64,000 nt of DNA, from NCBI RefSeq assembly GCF_009914755.1, contig NC_060932.1; one strand, written 5' to 3'. A program made the position numbers and the translations under genes. This document shows, piece by piece, positions 1 to 14,065 of this stretch. The notes below the pieces were generated by a model. That model searched no databases. It had not been told where the DNA came from and worked only from the letters and a program-made list of their open reading frames with translations. Origin of the DNA: the human T2T-CHM13v2.0 reference genome, Homo sapiens. Every line of letters begins with the position of its first letter. Position 1 is the first letter of the stretch.

Positions 1-42
1 TTTCATGGAGTCATAAAAAAGCACATAAACAAGGGGATGTTC

Positions 43-53
43 CAAGATGGCCG
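43..53 (+). promoter_or_regulatory. YY1 site of the L1 internal promoter
   Basis: CAAGATGGCCG about 10 nt into the L1 5'UTR, the canonical position. Confidence 0.8.
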
Positions 54-274
54 AATAGGAACAGCTCCAGTCTGCAGCTCCCAGCGTGATTGATGCAGAA
101 GACAGGTGATTTCTGCATTTCCAACTGAGTTACCTGGTTCATCTCACTGGGACTGATTAGACAGTGGGTGCAGCCCATGGAGGGCAAGCTGAAGCAAGGC
201 GGGGCGTCACCTCACCCAGGAAGCGCAAGGGGTCGGGGGACTTCCCTTTCCTAGCCAAGGGAAGCTGTGACAGA

Positions 275-454
275 CTACCTGGAAAAATGGGACACTCCCG
301 CCCAAATACTGCATTTTTCCCAAGGTCTTAGCAACTGGCAGACAAGGAGATTCTCTCCTGTGCCTGGCTCGGTGGGTCCCATGCCCACAGAGCCTTGCTC
401 ACTGCTAGCACAGCAGTCTGAGATTGAACTGCGAGGTGGAGGGGTGTTCACCAT
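275..454 (-). CDS. ORF0: L1 ORF0 homolog (59 aa), antisense in the 5'UTR; translation not shown
   Basis: ATG at 454-452 (gcaATGG); MVNTPPPRSSISDCCASSEQGSVGMGPTEPGTGENLLVCQLLRPWEKCSIWAGVSHFSR aligns to recalled ORF0 MAGAPPP...ISDCCASNQRDSVGVGPSEPG...RFSR. Confidence 0.6.
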   Translation of the reverse strand: MVNTPPPRSSISDCCASSEQGSVGMGPTEPGTGENLLVCQLLRPWEKCSIWAGVSHFSR

Positions 455-1051
455 TGCTGAGGCTGGAGTAGGTAAACAAACCGGCCGGGAAGCTCGAACA
501 GGGTGGAGCCCACCACAGCTCAACAAGGCCCACTGCCTCTAGACTCCACCTCTGTGTCAGGGCAAAGCTGAACAAAAGGCAGCAGACAACTTCTGCAGAC
601 TTAAGCATCCCTGTCTGATAGCTCTGAAGAGAGTAGTGTTTCTCCCAGCATGGCCTTTGAGCTCTGAGAACAGACAGACTGCCTCCTCAAGTGGGTCCCT
701 GACCCCCATGTAGCCTAACTGGGAGACACCTCCCAGTAGGGGCTGACAGACACCTCATACAGGCAGCTGCCCTTCTGGGATAAAGCTTTCAGAGGAAGGA
801 TCAGGCAGCAATATTTGCTGTTCTGCAATATCTGCTGTTCTGCAGCCTCCGCTGGTGATACCCAGGCAAACAGCGTCTGGAGTGGACCTCCAGCAAACAC
901 CAACAGACCTGCAGCTGAGCGACCTGACTGTTAGAAGGAAAACTAACAAACAGAAAGCAATAGCATCAACATCAACAAAAAGGTCATCTACACCAAAACC
1001 CCATCTGTAGGTTACCAACATCAAAGACCAAAGGTAGACAAAACTGCAAAG

Positions 1052-2077
1052 ATGGGGAGTAACCAGAGCAGAAAAGCTGAAAATTCTAAAAATCAGAGCA
1101 GCTCTTCTCCTCCAAAGGATTGTAGCTCCTTGCCAGCAACAGGACAAAGCTGAATGGAGAATGACTTTGACAAGTTGACAGAAGTAGGCTTCAGAAGGTC
1201 GGTAATAACAAACTTCTCTGAGCTAAAGGAGGATATTCGAACCTATCGCAAGGAAGCTAAAAATTTTGAAAAAAGATTAGCTGAATGGATAACTAGAATA
1301 AACAGTGTAGAGAAGACCATAAATGACCTGATGGAGCTGAAAACCATGGCACAAGAACTTCGTAACTCAGGCACAAGCTTCAATAGCCAATTCAATCAAA
1401 TGGAAGAAATGATATCAGTGATTGAAAATCAAATAAATGAAATAAAGCAAGAAGACAAGGTTAGAGAAAAAAGTAAAAAGAAATGAACAAAGCCTCTAAG
1501 AAATATGGGACTATGTGAAAAGACCAAATCTATGACTGATTCGTGTACCTGAAAGTGATGGGGAGAATGGAACCAAGTTGGAAAACACTCTTCAGGATAT
1601 TATCCAGGAGAATTTCCCCAACCTAGCAAGGCAGGCCAACATTCAAATTGAAGAAATACAGAGAACACCACAAAGATACTCCTTGAGAAGAGCAACTACA
1701 AGACACATAATCATCAGATTCTCTAAGGTTGAAATGAAGGAAAAAGTGTTAAGGGCAGCCATAGAGAAAGGTCGAGTTACCCACAAAGGGAAGCCCATCA
1801 GACTAACAGTGGATCTCTTGGCAGAAACCCTACAAGCCAGAAGAGAGTGGGGGCCAATATTCAACATTCTTAAAGAAAAGAATTTTCAACCCAGAATTTC
1901 ATATTCAGCCAAACTAAGCTTCATAAGTGAAGGAGAAATAAAATCCTTTACAGACAAGCAAATGCTGAGAGACTTTGTCACCACCAGGCCTGCCTTACAA
2001 GAGAGCTCCTGAAGGAAGCACTAAATATGGAAAGAAACAACCGGTACCAGCCACTGCAAAAACATGCCAAATTGTAA
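1052..2077 (+). pseudogene. ORF1: L1 ORF1p, disrupted
   Basis: ATG at 1052; premature TGA at 1151-1153; fragments MENDFDKL...(1154-1486) and ENTLQDIIQENFPNLARQ...(1578-2012); frameshifts. Confidence 0.95.
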
Positions 2078-2140
2078 TGACCATCGATGCTATGAAGAAA
2101 CTGCATCAATTAACGGGCAAAATAACTAGCTAACATCATA

Positions 2141-5100
2141 ATGACAGGATCAAATTCACACATAACAATACTAACCTTAAATGTAAATGGGCTAAATGCC
2201 TCAATAAAAAGACACAGACTGGCAAATTGGATAAAGAGTCAAGACCCATCAGTGTGCTGTATTCAGGAGACCCATCTCACGTGCAGAAACACACATAGGC
2301 TCAAAATAAAGGGATGGAGGAAGATCTACCAAGCAAGTGGAAAGCAAAAAAAAAGCAGGGTTTGCAATCCTAGTCTCTGATAAAACAGACGTTAAACCAA
2401 CAAAGATCAAAAGAGACAAAGAAGGCCATTACATAATGGTAAACGGATCAATTCAACAAGAAGAGCTAACTATCCTAAATATATATGCACCCAATACAGG
2501 AGCAACCAGATTCATAAAGCAAGGCCTTAGAGACCTACAAAGAGACTTAGACTCCCACACAATTAATAATGGAAGACTTTAACACCCCACTGTCAATATT
2601 AGACAGATCAACCAGACAGAAGGTTAACAAGGATATCCAGGACTTGAACTCAGCTCTGCACCAAGCAGACCTAATAGAAATCTACAGAACTCTCCACTCC
2701 ACATCAACAGAATATATATTCTTCTCAGCACCACATCGCACTTATTCTAAAATTGACCCCACAATTGCAAGTAAAGCACTCCTCAGCAAATGTAAAAGAA
2801 CAGAAATCACAACAAACTGTCTCAGACCACAGTGCAATCAAATTAGAACTCAGGATTAAGAAACTCACTCAAAACCACACAGCTATATGGAAACTGAACA
2901 ACTTGCTCCTGAATGACTACTGGGTAAATAACAAAATGAAGGCAGAAATAAAGATGTTCTTTGAAACCAATGAGAACAAAGACACAGCATACCAGAATCT
3001 GTGGGACACATTTAAAGCAGTGTGTAGAGGGAAATTTATAGCACTAAATGCCCACAAGAGAAAGCAGGAAAGATCTAAAATCGACATCCTAACATCACAA
3101 TTAAAAGAACTAAAGAAGCAAGAGCAAACAAATTCAAAAGCTACCAGAAGGCAAGAAATAACTAAGATCAGAGCAGAACTGAAAGAGATAGAGACACAAA
3201 AAACTCTTCAAAAAAATCAATGAATCCAGGAGCTGGTTTTTGAAAAGATCAACAAAACTGATAGAGTGCTAGCAAGACTAATAAAGAAGAAAAGAGAGAA
3301 GAATCAAATAGACGCAATAAAAAATGATAAAGGGGATATTACCACCGATCCCACAGAAATACAAACTACCGTCAGAGAATACTATAAACAGCTCTACACA
3401 AATACCTCTACCAGAGGTACAAAGAGGATCTGGTACCATTCCTTCTGAAACTGTTCCAATCAATAGAAAAAGAGGGAATCCTCCCTAACTCATTTTATGA
3501 GGCCAACATCATCCTGATACCAAAACCTGTCAGAGACACAACAAAAAAAGAGAATTTTAGACTAACATCCCTGATGAACATTGATGTGAAAATCCTCAAT
3601 AAAATACTGGCAAACCAAGTCCAGCAGCACATCAAAAAGCTTATCCACCATGATCAAGTCAGCTTCATCACTGGGATGCAAGGCTGGTTCAACATATGCA
3701 AATCAATAAACATAATCCATCACATAAACAGAACCAGAGACAAAAACCACATGATTATCTCAATAGATGCAGAAAAGGCCTTCGACAAAATTCAACAGCC
3801 TTTCATGCTAAAAACTCTCAATAAACTAGGTATTGATAGACCATATCTCAAAATAATAAGAGCTATTTGTGACAAACCCACAGTCAATATCATACTGAAT
3901 AGACAAAAAATGGAAGCATTCCCTTTGAAAACTGGTACAAGACAAGGATGCCGTCTCTCACCACTCCTATTCAACATAGGGTTGGAAGTTCTGGCCAGGG
4001 CAATCAGGCAAGAGAAAGAAATAAAGGGTATTCAATTAGGAAATTAGGAAGTCAAATTGTCCCTCTTTGCAGATGACATGGTTGTATATTTAGAAAACCC
4101 CATCATCTCAGCCCAAAATCTCCTTAAGCTGATAAGCAACTTCAGCAAAGTCTCAGGATACAAAATCAATGTGCAAAAATCACAAGCATTCCTATACACC
4201 ATTAACAGACAAACAGAGAGCCAAATCATGAATGAACTCCCATTCACAATTGTTACAAACAGAATAAAATACCTAGGAATCCAACTTACAAGGGATGTGA
4301 GAGACCTCTTCAAGGAGAACTACAAACCACTGCTCAATGAAATAGAAGAGAACACAAACAAATGGAAGAATATTCCATGCTCATGGATAGGAGAATCAAT
4401 ATCGTGAAAATGGCCATACTGCCCAAAGTAATTTATACATTCAATGCCATCCCCATCAAGGTACCAACAACTTTCTTCACAGAATTGGAAAAAGTTACTT
4501 TAAATTTCATATGGAATCAAAAAGCCTGCATTGTCAAGACAATCCTAAGCAAAAAGAACAAAGCTGGAGGCATCACACTACCTAACTTCAAACTATACTA
4601 CAAGGCTACAGTCCAAAACAGCATGGTACTAGTACCAAAACAGATATATAGGCCAATGGAACAGAACAGAGGCCTTAGAAATAATACCACACATCTACAA
4701 CAATCTGATCTTTGACAAACCTGATGAAAACAAGAAATGGGGAAAGGATTCCCTATTTAATAAATGGTGCTGGGAAAACTGGCTAGCCATATGTAGAAAG
4801 CTGAAACTGGATCCCTTCCTTATACCTTATACAAAAATTAATTCAAGATGGATTAAAGACTTAAATATTAGACCTAAAACCATAAAAACCCTAGAAGAAA
4901 ACCTAGGCAATACCATTCAGGACATGGGCATGGGCAAGGACTTCCTGACTGAAACACCAAAAGCAATGGCAACAAAAGCCAAAATTGACAAATGGGATCT
5001 AACTAAACTAAAGAGCTTCTGCATGGCAAAAGAAGCTACCATCAGAGTGAACAGGCAACCTACAGAATGGGAGAAAATTTTTGCAATCTACCCATCTGAC

Positions 5101-5787
5101 AAAGGGCTAATATCCAAAATCTACAGAGAACTCAAACAAATTTACAAGAAAAAATCAAACAACTCCATCAAAAAGTTGGCAAAGGATATGAACAGACATT
5201 TCTCAAAAGAAGACATTTATGCAGCCAAAAGACACATGAAAAAATGCTCATCATCACTGGTCATCAGAGAAATGCAAATCAAAACCACAATGAGCTATCA
5301 TCTCACACCAGTTAGAATGGCAATAATTAAAAAGTCAGAAAACAACAGATGCTGGAGAGGATGTGGAGAAATAGGAACACTTCTACACTGTTGGGAGTGT
5401 AAACTAGTTCAGCCATTGTGGTAGATAGTGTGACGATTCCTCAAGGATCTAGAACTAGAATTATCATTTGACCCAGCAATCCCATTACTGGGCATATACC
5501 CAGAGGATTATAAATCATGCTACTTTAAAGACACACGCACACATATGTTTATTGCGGCACTATTCACAATAGCAAAGACTTGGAACCAACCCAAATGTCC
5601 ATTAATGATAGACTGGATTAAGAAAATGTGGCATATATACACCATGGAATACTATGCAGCCATAAAAAATGATAAGTTCATGTTCTTTGTAGGGACATGG
5701 ATGAAGCTGGAAACCATCATTCTTAGCAAACTATCACAAGGACAGAAAACCAAACACCGCATGTTCTCACTCATAGGTGGGAATTGA
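2141..5787 (+). pseudogene. ORF2: L1 ORF2p (endonuclease/reverse transcriptase), disrupted
   Basis: MTGSNSHITILTLNVNGLN start, [17 protein letters not shown] motif, [15 protein letters not shown] Cys-rich region, ending MFSLIGGN; multiple frameshifts and stops. Confidence 0.96.
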
Positions 5788-6329
5788 ACAATGAGAACAC
5801 ATGGACACAGGGCGGGGAACGTCACACACTGGGGCCTGTCGAGGGGTGGGTGCTAGGGGAGGGATATCATTAGGAGAAATACCTAATGTAAATGACGAGT
5901 TAATGGGGGCAACAAACCAACATGGCACATGTATACCTATGTATCAAACCTGCACGTTTTGCACATGTACCCTAGAACTTAAACTATAATAATAAAATAA
6001 AATAAAATAAAAAATTGTTAAAAGCACATAGAGACGGTAAAGGAGAAAGACGTACATTTGCTAAATGAGGAATTAAGATTGAAAGAAGTCTGCCTATTAT
6101 GGCTTAAAATGAAATTATAAGCAGTACTCTAAAACTGTAAAACTGGTGTGTTGTAGAGAATGAAGATTATGCATGAGTCTGGAAGTTAGCTTAGGACCAT
6201 GATAAGAAAAATCACAGATATTCCCCTGAGATTTTTCTACTTATTCCAATGGGAATAAGTAGAAATGGGAACCCTCCAAGGTTTTTAAATGGCAGCATTA
6301 AAGGAGATCCTGAAATCTTCCAAACAACT

Positions 6330-7170
6330 CATTAAATTCGGTTTCCTGAAAGCAGAGCCCGAAACAAGAATTTTGGTTCAAGTAGTTTATTTAGGATGCA
6401 ATTTCAGGAATCAAAGTGAAGGAATGCAGAAGGGGTTCAGGGAAAGGAGGTATATTAGGCTGTTTCTGTGTTGCTATAAATAAATATCAGACCTTGGGTA
6501 ATTTTCAAGAAAAGACCTTTCATTGGCTTATGATTTTGCAGTCTGTACAGGAAGCAAAACATCATCTGTTTGGCTTTAGGGGAAGCCTCAGGGAGCTTTC
6601 ATTCATGGCAGAAGGTAAAGCCAGAGCAGGCACTTCACATGGCAAAAGCAGTAGTAAAGTGGGGGAGGGTGAGTGCCACACATTTAAACAACCAAATCTC
6701 ATAAGAACTCACTCACTATGGCACAGACAGCACTAAGCCACAAAAGATCCACCCTCGTGACCCAACTACCTCCTACAAGGCCCCACCTTCAACACTGGGA
6801 ATTCTATTTCCACCTGAGATTTAGAGAGGACACATATCTAAACTCTATCAGGAGGAAAACAATTAGTGGATGTCAAAATGAATGGGTTAGCCCTGTGACA
6901 TCTGGGGTTCAATTCTGCTTGGGATTCCCTGGGAGATGTAGAGCATACCATAATGTCGTCCCACCAAGTGTGAGGAAGCTGAGGCCTTTATTCACATGCT
7001 TTACTCTTCAACCATTAAGGGTAAATCTTGGGGCATTAACTCTCTGGACTTCTGGTTTGGTCTATACTAAGACCACACTCATCAGAGAAAGCCGTCAGGT
7101 AGAGAGATAAATCATCTGTTAAACTGTAGGGGAGCCAGGTATAGGCAGTCTTTTAGGTAGGCCAATTTAA
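6330..7170 (-). mobile_element. Old ERVL LTR (LTR16C-like), split by an MST LTR
   Basis: GGTTTCCTGAAAGCAGAGCCCGAAACAAGAATTTTGGTTCAAGTAGTTTATTTAGG pattern; sequence resumes after 6855. Confidence 0.55.
6451..6850 (-). mobile_element. MaLR solo LTR (MSTA/MSTB-like)
   Basis: TATATTAGGCTG...GCTATAAA...CATGGCAGAAGGTAAAG...AAACTCTATCA; exact 5-bp TSD GGAGG at 6446-6450 and 6851-6855. Confidence 0.9.
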
Positions 7171-8029
7171 TAGCACTAGAATGAGGATCATTTTTCTTTC
7201 TACAAAATGTAAAACAGTGTATTCTGGCTGGGAGGAACCAGTAGAGACCCCCTTGGGGCCGCTGTGAATTTTAAGTCATTAGAGTTTTCCTGCTTGTCAT
7301 CTCCTTCAGTGAGTCTGCTTCCATGGTAAATCCGAAACATACCCAAATTGTGTCACCCATGATGAAGCCTACTGTCTGCTGAGTGTCGGCTTTTAAAAGC
7401 TGGGGCATCCTAATTGCAGTCAACAGGCTTCCTTTGAATGCCTATGGGGCTTGGGAGAGCAAACTGTGTGGTTGTTATTTGTCCTCCCTGGGACATGCAG
7501 TATCAAGAAACACCGCCTACCTTCCAAGGCTTCCATCTCTTTTGTTGCTCCAGATTGCAAATGACATCCTTGTGTGGGTTGCATTAAGACCTTTTGTGTC
7601 CTGGTATCAGCCAGAGGCCTGTTCAATGTACACTCTGGCAGCTCTCATTATGAGGAATAATAGGCAACATGTTTCCTTAAGATTTGTTATCTTTCCTCAC
7701 TCAGCCCCAGCCAGTATGTCTGCTGGGCATTTTCTGGGCCCTGCTTTGGTGCAATAATGAGGAAGGCAAGATAGGAGAGCAGCATTTGTTATGGGATCCC
7801 AGCTGCAAAACTGACATCTGCTGAGTATTCTGTAACTTTCTTTGAACATAATTAAATACAATCAGCAGTCTCCCTTGGCCTCCCACCATAGACCCCATTA
7901 GAAAAAGGAAGAATCTGACATCAAACCTATGTGGAAAAATGCTGAACAATGGGACTAATTCAACCTCAATTCATCCATCCATTACTACTGAAGAAAGATG
8001 TGAATCATTACTTTCCTAAAAACTTCTCT

Positions 8030-8232
8030 GCTTTTCTTTTTTTTCTTCCTTCACTCTGTTCCTTCTTTTCTTCTCCCCCTCTGAATTTCTTTTTCTCTAT
8101 TTTTTCTTTTTTTCTGTTAGGGGATGGGGGCTTACATGGCTCAGAAAGCCTCAGAATTTCCTTCCTTCCTTCCTTCCTCCCTCCCTCCCTCCTTACCTTC
8201 CTTCTTTCATTGTTTACTTATTTTCTTCCTTA
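8030..8232. repeat. Pyrimidine-rich low-complexity tract with (TTCC)n/(TCCC)n
   Basis: Direct reading. Confidence 0.8.
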
Positions 8233-8344
8233 AATATTTATTTAGTACATTCCAGTACCCATGTGATAAGATAAACAAGACAGACATCCAGTATATGCCC
8301 TTCTGAATTTAAAATTACCAATTTAAAAGGAGCTCAGAAACACA

Positions 8345-8510
8345 GCAGCATGATTAGTGGAGAAAGCATTGGCTTGGGAGTAAGATATGTCTGGTTGTAG
8401 ATGCTTCTCTACCATTTCCTAATTGTTTCACTTCCCTAGGCCTCCTTTGCTCATCTATACAACAACAAATGTAATTTTTTTTAACTTCACAACGTTGTTG
8501 TGATATATAA
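8345..8510 (+). mobile_element. MIR SINE relic
   Basis: GCAGCATGATTAGTGGAGAAAGCATTGGCTTGGGAG...CACTTCCCTAGGCCTCCTTTGCTCATCTAT. Confidence 0.6.
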
Positions 8511-9639
8511 ACTAGTTAATAAACCTTAGCACATAACTCAACACATCATAACTTTGCTTTTTTCCTACTTGCCTCAAATAATCCTCTGAAGGTGGCTAAA
8601 CACTCTATGTGCCCTGAATAAATAAATATTGAAAGAATATATGAATGTCTGTGGGTAAGATAATATAGTTCCATGCTCATAGAAGCCAAATGTTCCAAAG
8701 CTGGAAGGGATGCTCACTCTACATAGATTGGAAAATAAGCAACCTTAAGCACTATGCCTCAAGTCATCCAGCTAATTGAGGTTGAGAGTTGGCTGTAACT
8801 AAAGCCTCAATAATTCTCTACCAATACTCTTTCTACTTCATTGCTCTAGAGAGTCAATTTTAGAACATAGACAGCCAGTGCAAAGAAGAAGTGGAGACCA
8901 GGCTAGCCAGGTCCAATCTGTCTCTTATCAGGCTATATTCTGTTACTATATTCATTTTCTTTCTGTAAAATGTTTATTATACAATCACTGCATTTTTGGG
9001 GCAGAAAACGTTGATTGCTCACACAGTAGTCATCCCTTTCATCTTCTTTTCTGAGAAAGTCATCACTGCACATAGAAACTGAAATAATAATTACTTCCTT
9101 TCCCAGACTCTCCTGAAGCTAGGACATGGGAATGAAATTAATGTTGGCTGATGGTACATGAGAGGATGTGTTCTGTTACTTGCAATTTACAGAATCTTCA
9201 TTTTAAAAGATTTGCAAATTCTTTAAATCTATAATATTATCTTGTTAGATTTATTTACATGCATGCACTTGCACAAATACATGTGAGCTCACACATGTGC
9301 ATACATATATATATATACAAGGTCACTTGAAATCAATATTTTGTGACTTGTTCATATAGTATTACTAACTTTCATTACAATTTAAAATTATTTTATCCCA
9401 TTATTTTGGCCATGCAATACTCTAATTTATGTCCAAATAGACCTATATGTAAGCAACTCTCTACTATTGATCATTTAGCTTATTTCCAATATTGTAACTT
9501 ACAAATAGCATTTTCATGACCATCTGTAAAACTAGAGTTATTTTTCCTTTGCACAATATATTAATTTTCACAAAACACTGCATTTATAATGGCATCACTT
9601 TACCAAAGTTACTTTGGTATAGTTTTACACTTTTTATAA

Positions 9640-9850
9640 AGTGCTCTTGCATTCAATTTCTCTTTTGAGTTTCACAACTATTTCTTGAGGATGAGTGGAT
9701 GGCTGTTATTAACTCTATTTTTTAGATGACAAAAAGGAAGTCAATTCAACTGAGGCTTACAATTGGATTGGCTTCCTTAAGAGCCAAGCTAGTATATAGA
9801 AATTCAGGAGCTATTAGAGGCTTTTTTAAACTCGAAATTCTAGTATCATA
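9640..9850 (-). mobile_element. MIR SINE relic
   Basis: TCACAACTATTTCTTGAGG...TATTAACTCTATTTTTTAGATGAC. Confidence 0.5.
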
Positions 9851-10595
9851 CATCTTTCTTGTATTCCCATCTTCTTATCTGTAGGCCCAACTCCTTTGTT
9901 TTTGACAAAAGAAGACATATGTCTGTCTTTGAGTTGATTATAATTCAGTGGAGGAAAGTGGCAAGTAAATTGACATTTATATTATCATATGAAAAATGCA
10001 GTAATTACAGATGAAGGAGTGGCTCTTAAGTCATCCAGGAATGCTATGAAAGCTTTGTAGGAAAGCTAAAATTTAAGGAGACATTTATTTCATATCAAGT
10101 TTAGAATTCTTATTGAGATTTTTAAAGTTTCCTTCAGGCAATTATAACCTCACTGCATTTTCATCCTTTCTAAAACTTCTGTCTCTCTCAATCCTACTCA
10201 TCATTTCAAATCTTGTTCAAGGTTGATTTCTTTTACAAAACCAGGCTCAACTCCTATGGTTGTTGTTGGAAAGTACAGAATTCTCATAGCATATTGGAGA
10301 AGACTGTAACCCTCATTCTGGAAAATTTTTCATTTTCTGATCAAAAGTCAAGAAACAACAGACTGCCTACTAGTATTAGTTATTATGCCTTGAATCAGGG
10401 ATGTAGAGATATTTGTGGCATGGCCATTGCCAAGAGAAGGTTATTGTAATGATCCAGAAATAGTGGGATGGTAGCCTTCTGATGAATTTGCTCTCAATGG
10501 GTCATGTTTACTTCCTTTCAACATATTTCTGTCTTTGTAACTCTCTGATGCAGTATGAATATTAAATAATAATTGTCTTGCTGGTGAATTTTCTT

Positions 10596-12900
10596 TTTTT
10601 TTTGTTTATTGATTGAATGGTTTGGTTTTCTTCTTCAATTTTTATGTTAGGTTCAGGGTACGTGTATAGGGTTGTTATATAGGTAAATTGCATATCATGT
10701 GGGTTTGGTATGCAGAGTCTTTCATTATCCAGGTAATAAGCATAACACCCAATAAGAAATTTTTCAATTCTCTCTTTTCTCCTACACTTCACCCTCAAGT
10801 AGGACCGAGTGTCTATTATTTCCTTCTCTCTGTCCATGTGTACTCAATGTTTAGCTCCCTCTTATAAGTGAGAAGGTGTGGTATTTGGTTTTCTATTCCT
10901 GTGTTTGTTTGCTTAGGATAATGGCCTCCAGCTCCATCTGTGGTGCTGTAAAGAACATAATCTCATTCTTTTTATGGCTGCGTAGTATTATATGGTGTAT
11001 ATGTACCACATTGTCTTTATCCAGTATACCATTGATGGACATTTAGATTGATTCCATGTTTTTGCTATAGTGAATAGTGCTGCAATGAACATTTGTGTTC
11101 ATGTGTCTTTGTGGAAGAATGATTTATATTTCTTTAGTATATGCCCAATAATGGGATTGCTAGGTCAAATGAGTTCTTTGAGAAATAGCCAAACTGCTTT
11201 CTACAATATTTCTTCCATCAGTGTATAAGTGTTCCCTTTTCTCCACAACCGCGCCAGCATCTATTATTTTTTGACTGTTTAATAGTAGCCATTCTGACTG
11301 ATGTGAAATGTATCTCATCATGGTTTTGATTTGCATTTCTCTAATGATTAGTGATAGCTTCTTTTGAAAAGTGTCTGTTCATATCCTTTGCCCACTTTTT
11401 AAGGGCATTGTTTGGCTTTTGTTTGTAAATTTTTTTTTGTTCCTTATAGATTCTGGATATTAGATCTTTGTTAGATTCATAGTTTGCAAATATTTTCACC
11501 TATTCTATAGGTTGTCTGTTTACTCTGTTGATAGTTTATTTTGCTGTGCAGAAGATTTTTAGTTTAGTTAGGTCCCATTTGTCAATTTGTGTTTTTGTTG
11601 CAATTGCTTTTGGCATCTTTGTCATGAAATCTTTGCCAGAGTCTATGTCCAGAATATTCTTTTCTAGGTTATCTTCCAGAGTTTTAACAGTTTTAGGTTT
11701 TACATTTAAGTCTTTAATCCATCTTGAGCCAATTTTTGTATATAATGTAAGGAAGGGGTGCAGCTTCAGTCTTCTGTATATGGCTGGCCAGTTATCCCAG
11801 CAGCACTTATTGATAGGCGGTCCTTTCCCCATTGCTTGTTTTTGTTGACTATGTCAAAGATCACATGGTTGTAGGTGTTTTGGCATTAATTCTAGGCTCT
11901 CTATTCTGTTTCACTGGTCTATGTGTCTGTTTTTGTAACAGTACCGTGGTGTTTTGGTTACTATAGCCTTGTAATATAGTTTGAATTCAGGTAACGTGAT
12001 GCCTCCAGCTTTTCTGTTTGTTTGTTGGTTGGTTTCCCCCTTAGGATTTCCTTGGCTATTTGAGCCCTTTTTTTTGTTCCATATTCATTTTAAAATGGTT
12101 TTTCCTAATTATGTGAAAAATATCATTGTTAGTTTGATAGGAATAACACTGAATCTGTAAATTGCTTTGGGCAGTATGACTGTTCTAACAATATTTCTTT
12201 TTCCTATCCATGAGCTTGGAATGCTTTTTCTTGTTTGTATCATCTCTTATTTCTTTGAGCAGTGTTTTATGATTCTCATTTTAGAGATCTTTCACCTCCC
12301 TGGTTAGCTGTATTCCTAGATATTTTATTCTTTTTGTGGCAAGTTTGAATGGAATTGCATTTTTGATTTGGCTCTCAGTTTCGACATTATTAATGTATAG
12401 AAATGCTACTGCTTTTTGTACATTGATTTTGTATCTTGAAACTTGGCTGAAATTATTTATCAGATCTAGGAGTTTTTGGCAGAGACTATGGGGTTTTCTA
12501 GGTGTTGAATCATATTGTCTGCAGAGATAATTTGACTTCCTGTCTTCCTATTTGGATGCCTTTTATTCCTTTCTCTTGCCTTACTGCTCTTGCTAGGACT
12601 TCCAGGACTATGTTCAGTAGGAGTGGTAAGAGTGGGCATGTTTGTCTTGTGCTGATTCTCAAGGGCAATGCCCATTCAGTATGATGTTGGCTGTGGGTTT
12701 GCCACAGATGGCTCTTATTATTTTGAGATATGTTCCTTCAATGCCTAGTTTGTTGAGGGTTTTTAACATGAAGGGATATTGAATCTTATTGAAAGCCTTT
12801 TCTGCCATCTATTGAGATGATCACATGGTTTTTGTTTGTAGTTCTGTTTATGTGGTGAATCACATTTATTGATTTGCCTATATTGAAACAAACTTGCATC
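10596..12900 (-). mobile_element. L1PA15/16-like LINE-1, 3' (non-inverted) part
   Basis: Poly(T) at 10594-10603; GGTTCAGGGTAC...AGGTAAATTGC...CACCCTCAAGTAGG 3'UTR; minus-strand ORF2 peptide [27 protein letters not shown]. Confidence 0.93.

Positions 12901-14065
<1,165 letters not shown>

Larger units (their letters stand above)
33..6019 (+). mobile_element. Full-length LINE-1, L1PA6-like (L1PA5-7 range), inactivated, with an internal ORF2 deletion
   Basis: 5' end GGGGATGTTCCAAGATGGCCGAATAGGAACAGC; ORF1 and ORF2 fragments in the ORF track; 3'UTR ...AATGACGAGTTAATGGGGGCAACAAACCAACATGG; (AATAA)n tail; TSD AAAAGCACATA at 17-27 and 6020-6030. Confidence 0.97.

Noticed and set aside
1052-5787. L1#1 as a retrotransposition-competent element
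   Set aside because: Premature stop in ORF1, many frameshifts and an internal ORF2 deletion; L1#2 is similarly broken.
7383-7757. 124-aa ORF in unique sequence
   Set aside because: GTG start, no recognisable homology, length within chance expectation.
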